64,000 bases of DNA, taken from the NCBI RefSeq assembly GCF_002708845.1, contig NZ_PAPI01000035.1; one strand, 5' to 3'. The notes beneath the pieces were generated by a model, which was given only the letters and a program-made list of their open reading frames with translations, was not told the DNA's origin and did no database searches. Below, piece after piece: positions 61,349 through 64,000 of the stretch. Origin of the DNA: Leeuwenhoekiella sp. (lineage in GTDB: Bacteria; Bacteroidota; Bacteroidia; Flavobacteriales; Flavobacteriaceae). Numbering within the stretch: the stretch's first letter is position 1; each line of letters opens with the position of its first letter. A program made the translations under genes and the position numbers.

Positions 61349-64000
61349 TTAAAATCCAACGTTAAGTCCGAATGAGAAAATACTTGATCGTGGAGTTCCG
61401 TTCAAATCAACCCCGGCCGATTCCATTTCAGGATCCAATCCAGAATAATCTGTGATAATCCATAAGTTTTGGCCTTGCAGAAAAAGTCTGAATCTGGAAA
61501 GTCCAAGGCGCTCAATAGTTTCAGCAGGGAAGGTGTACCCCAGTGTGATATTGTCAAGTTTTATAAAATCACCATCTTCTAAGAATCTCGATGTAGCCAA
61601 TGCTGTCAGGTTTGTAGTGGTATTGGTACTCGCATACAATCTGGGGGTCCAGCCGTCTCCAGGATTATCAACACTCTGCCATCTACCTAATATTTCAGTA
61701 CTGTTATTTGTAAAGTTCTGGTTTAATAAATCTCTTCGTGTAGCATTGAAGATTTTATTGCCACCGCTAAATCTAAATAAAAAGCCCAGATCAAAGTTTT
61801 TGTAATTCATATTGGAATTAAAGCCTCCAAAGTATTTTGGAAGCGATTGTCCTAAAATCACGCGATCGTCTGCAGCACTTAGCGAAGAAGACTGAGAAAC
61901 ATCTGCTGGATTATTTGGATCAAATACAGCGTAAGAGGCTCCTGGTAGAAGACCTTGTACAAGACTGCCATCTGCTTTGTAGTAAACAGGATTTCCGTTT
62001 TGTGGGTTTACACCATAATAGCGTATACCGTAAATCGAATTGATGGGTTCTCCTTCTCTTACGATGGTGTTAGTGCCTATTCGGTCTGCTCCATTAACGA
62101 GAGTAATAACTTCATTATCTACAAATGAAACGTTTCCAGAAACTTCCCATCTAAATGCCTTATCTAATAACCTTGCAGTTGCTGAAAATTCTAGACCGCT
62201 ATTCTCGATATTTCCAATATTGGTATTATAACTGTTGCCAGGAATACCGTATGACTGCGGGGTTTCAACCTGAAGAATAAGATCTTCTGTTTTATTGATG
62301 AAATAATCAGCGGTAAGTGTGAATCTGTTTTGAAATAAACCTAAATCAATACCTCCATCGTATTTGATACTGGTTTCCCATCTTAGATTATTGTTTCCAA
62401 ACTGGCTGTACGCGATACCATTGTTATCTGCATAGCGAGCGGGAGAATATAAACCAAGATAGGGATAGTTTCCAATGTCAACGTTACCCACTTTACCGTA
62501 CGAGCCCCTTAATTTCAAATCAGTGATTACATCATTGTTTTTTAGGAATTCTTCATTGCTAACCGTCCAGCCAAAAGAGGCTCCGGGGAAGGTACCCCAA
62601 CGTGTTGTAGTAGGTAATGAGGATAATCCATCTCTTCTCAGGGTTCCTTGCAGGTAATAACGCTGCTTATAATTATAGTTTAGACGTCCTGCAAAGGAGA
62701 TGAAACCATTTTCGGTCAAGCCACCTCCAGATCCCTGAACACCATATGAACCACTTACTAAAGCCTTACCGAAGAATTCGTTACTTAAATCGGTGCCTGT
62801 AGCAAAGAAACCTTGGTTTATTTGTTTTTGATATTCACTAACAGCGGTGAGTGAAACATTATGGGCATCAGCAAAAGTTTCGTTATAACTCAGAATATTT
62901 TGCCAGTTCCATCGTGTTAAGTCATTGTTATTGCTTTGTACACGTCCGTTTGAACCATTACCATCTCCGTGAACTGGGCTCCAGAAGAGGAAGCCAGTCG
63001 TGTTAGCTTTGTCTAAACTTATTTGGGTTCTAAAATTTACTGAGGAAATTGGTTTAATATCAGCGTAAACATTACCAATCAAGCGATTGATTTTAGAGAA
63101 GTATTTATTATTCTCTACTACGAAAATAATATTCGGGATGTTATCCCCTACAGTTTCCAGGTTTGTCCCGCGACCCATACGGTCCGGAAATGTATCGTCT
63201 AAGTTGTAACCAGTAGGATCATTAGCATCATAAGGAGATACGTTAGGGTGCTGGCGTGTGGCATTAAATATGTTCCCTGAAAGTGAGTTGGTACCTGTAT
63301 TCAACCCAAAATATTCAGACTGTGTAAGACCTGCATTAACTCCAACAGAGACCCAATCTTTAATTTTTTGTTCCAAATTTGCTCTATACGTAAAGCGTTT
63401 AAATTCGTTGGGTTTTGCGATACTTTCCTGTTCGGTATAACCTATAGATAGGTAGTATTTCAGAAACTCGGTACCTCCTGAAAAAGAAAGGTTGTGATCT
63501 TGCTGAAAAGCGTTGTTGTTGAGTACTAAATCCTGCCAATCTGTATTGAAATCAAGACCTGCTGCCCAGTCAGACTGTCCCCGGTTAGACCTTTTTTCAT
63601 TTGAAATAGTTACGAAATCAGAAGCACCTAATAAATCAAATTTATTAACAGGTCTTGCGAAGCCTGTAGTCACGCTGTAATTTGTAGCTATGCGACCTTC
63701 TTTACCTTTTTTAGTGGTTATAAGAACAACACCGTTTGCTGCCCGTGAACCATAAATTGCTGTCGCAGAACCATCTTTAAGAATTTCAATAGATTCTATA
63801 TCAGCAGGGTTAATGTCACCGAGCGCATTATTAGAAGCATAACCACCGAGATCTCCGGTGTAAATAGGTACTCCATCCACTACAAACAATGGGTAGGTTC
63901 CGGATGTGATTGAGGCAATACCTCGAATTCTAAAACGAGGAGTCTCTCCAATAATACCAGACTGGGTAGTTACCTGAACACCTGCTGCCCGACCAGCTAA
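61349..64000 (-). CDS. susC: SusC/RagA-family TonB-linked transporter, N-terminus beyond the window end
   Basis: The reading frame stays open to position 64000, translating upstream of Met 63889 as …[42 protein letters not shown]…. It has a plug motif [21 protein letters not shown] and a C-terminal barrel ending F. Confidence 0.9.
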   Translation of the reverse strand, partial: LAGRAAGVQVTTQSGIIGETPRFRIRGIASITSGTYPLFVVDGVPIYTGDLGGYASNNALGDINPADIESIEILKDGSATAIYGSRAANGVVLITTKKGKEGRIATNYSVTTGFARPVNKFDLLGASDFVTISNEKRSNRGQSDWAAGLDFNTDWQDLVLNNNAFQQDHNLSFSGGTEFLKYYLSIGYTEQESIAKPNEFKRFTYRANLEQKIKDWVSVGVNAGLTQSEYFGLNTGTNSLSGNIFNATRQHPNVSPYDANDPTGYNLDDTFPDRMGRGTNLETVGDNIPNIIFVVENNKYFSKINRLIGNVYADIKPISSVNFRTQISLDKANTTGFLFWSPVHGDGNGSNGRVQSNNNDLTRWNWQNILSYNETFADAHNVSLTAVSEYQKQINQGFFATGTDLSNEFFGKALVSGSYGVQGSGGGLTENGFISFAGRLNYNYKQRYYLQGTLRRDGLSSLPTTTRWGTFPGASFGWTVSNEEFLKNNDVITDLKLRGSYGKVGNVDIGNYPYLGLYSPARYADNNGIAYSQFGNNNLRWETSIKYDGGIDLGLFQNRFTLTADYFINKTEDLILQVETPQSYGIPGNSYNTNIGNIENSGLEFSATARLLDKAFRWEVSGNVSFVDNEVITLVNGADRIGTNTIVREGEPINSIYGIRYYGVNPQNGNPVYYKADGSLVQGLLPGASYAVFDPNNPADVSQSSSLSAADDRVILGQSLPKYFGGFNSNMNYKNFDLGFLFRFSGGNKIFNATRRDLLNQNFTNNSTEILGRWQSVDNPGDGWTPRLYASTNTTTNLTALATSRFLEDGDFIKLDNITLGYTFPAETIERLGLSRFRLFLQGQNLWIITDYSGLDPEMESAGVDLNGTPRSSIFSFGLNVGF

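Noticed and set aside
61452-63440. Several + strand ORFs of 60-117 aa antisense to the second susC gene.
   Set aside because: These are shadow ORFs within a clear SusC reading frame that stays open to the window end.
1-64000. Window-wide look for CRISPR arrays, tandem repeats, rRNA or tRNA genes, and transposase, integrase or phage genes.
   Set aside because: None was recognised by eye. There is no regularly spaced direct repeat array, no tRNA-like T-arm (GGTTCGAATCC-type) in intergenic DNA, and no recombinase-like ORF. A tRNAscan, Infernal and ISfinder run would be needed to make this negative result firm.

Overview
This 64 kb chromosomal window looks like a Bacteroidota genome of the Flavobacteriia type. 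The evidence is two SusC/SusD pairs, a T9SS C-terminal sorting domain, TAnnTTTG-like promoter boxes, little Shine-Dalgarno signal and roughly 40% GC by eye. I support about 45 CDSs, and I saw no rRNA, tRNA, CRISPR array, transposase or integrase. Layout: (1) 8-14080 is a polysaccharide utilisation locus (PUL) plus catabolic genes pointing at GalNAc/GalN-containing glycans. It holds a PfkB kinase, AgaS, an SSF symporter, SusC, SusD, a DUF4874/DUF4832-like lipoprotein, a PKD lipoprotein, an HGSNAT-like membrane acyltransferase and a GH109 alpha-N-acetylgalactosaminidase. A roughly 45 nt AT-rich motif is repeated in front of two of its transcription units. (2) 14081-15958 is an unusually gene-poor, AT-rich, apparently decayed patch with an internally deleted Fic-family remnant and strong hairpins. 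(3) 15948-19712 is my best candidate for an undescribed system. It is a compact sigma-54 circuit made of an output-less 4HB_MCP membrane sensor, a soluble histidine kinase, an NtrC-type activator carrying GAFTGA, and one small secreted protein. Correctly spaced -24/-12 elements sit in front of both the sensor operon and the small gene, and a shared 9-mer lies about 125 nt upstream of each. (4) The rest is mostly housekeeping or common accessory genes. These are FUSC/YccS, an ankyrin protein, a cNMP-CBS-DUF294 nucleotidyltransferase with a DEDDh exonuclease, tadA, dxs, a T9SS M36 protease, dgt, a TonB receptor with a lipoprotein, aspS, a GMC oxidoreductase pair, a TetR-TolC-MFP-RND operon, a polyprenyl synthase, sucAB, a signal-less 495 aa orphan, polA, and a second SusD/SusC pair truncated at the window end. 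All family assignments come from motifs read by eye and from memory of the families. No database search was run.
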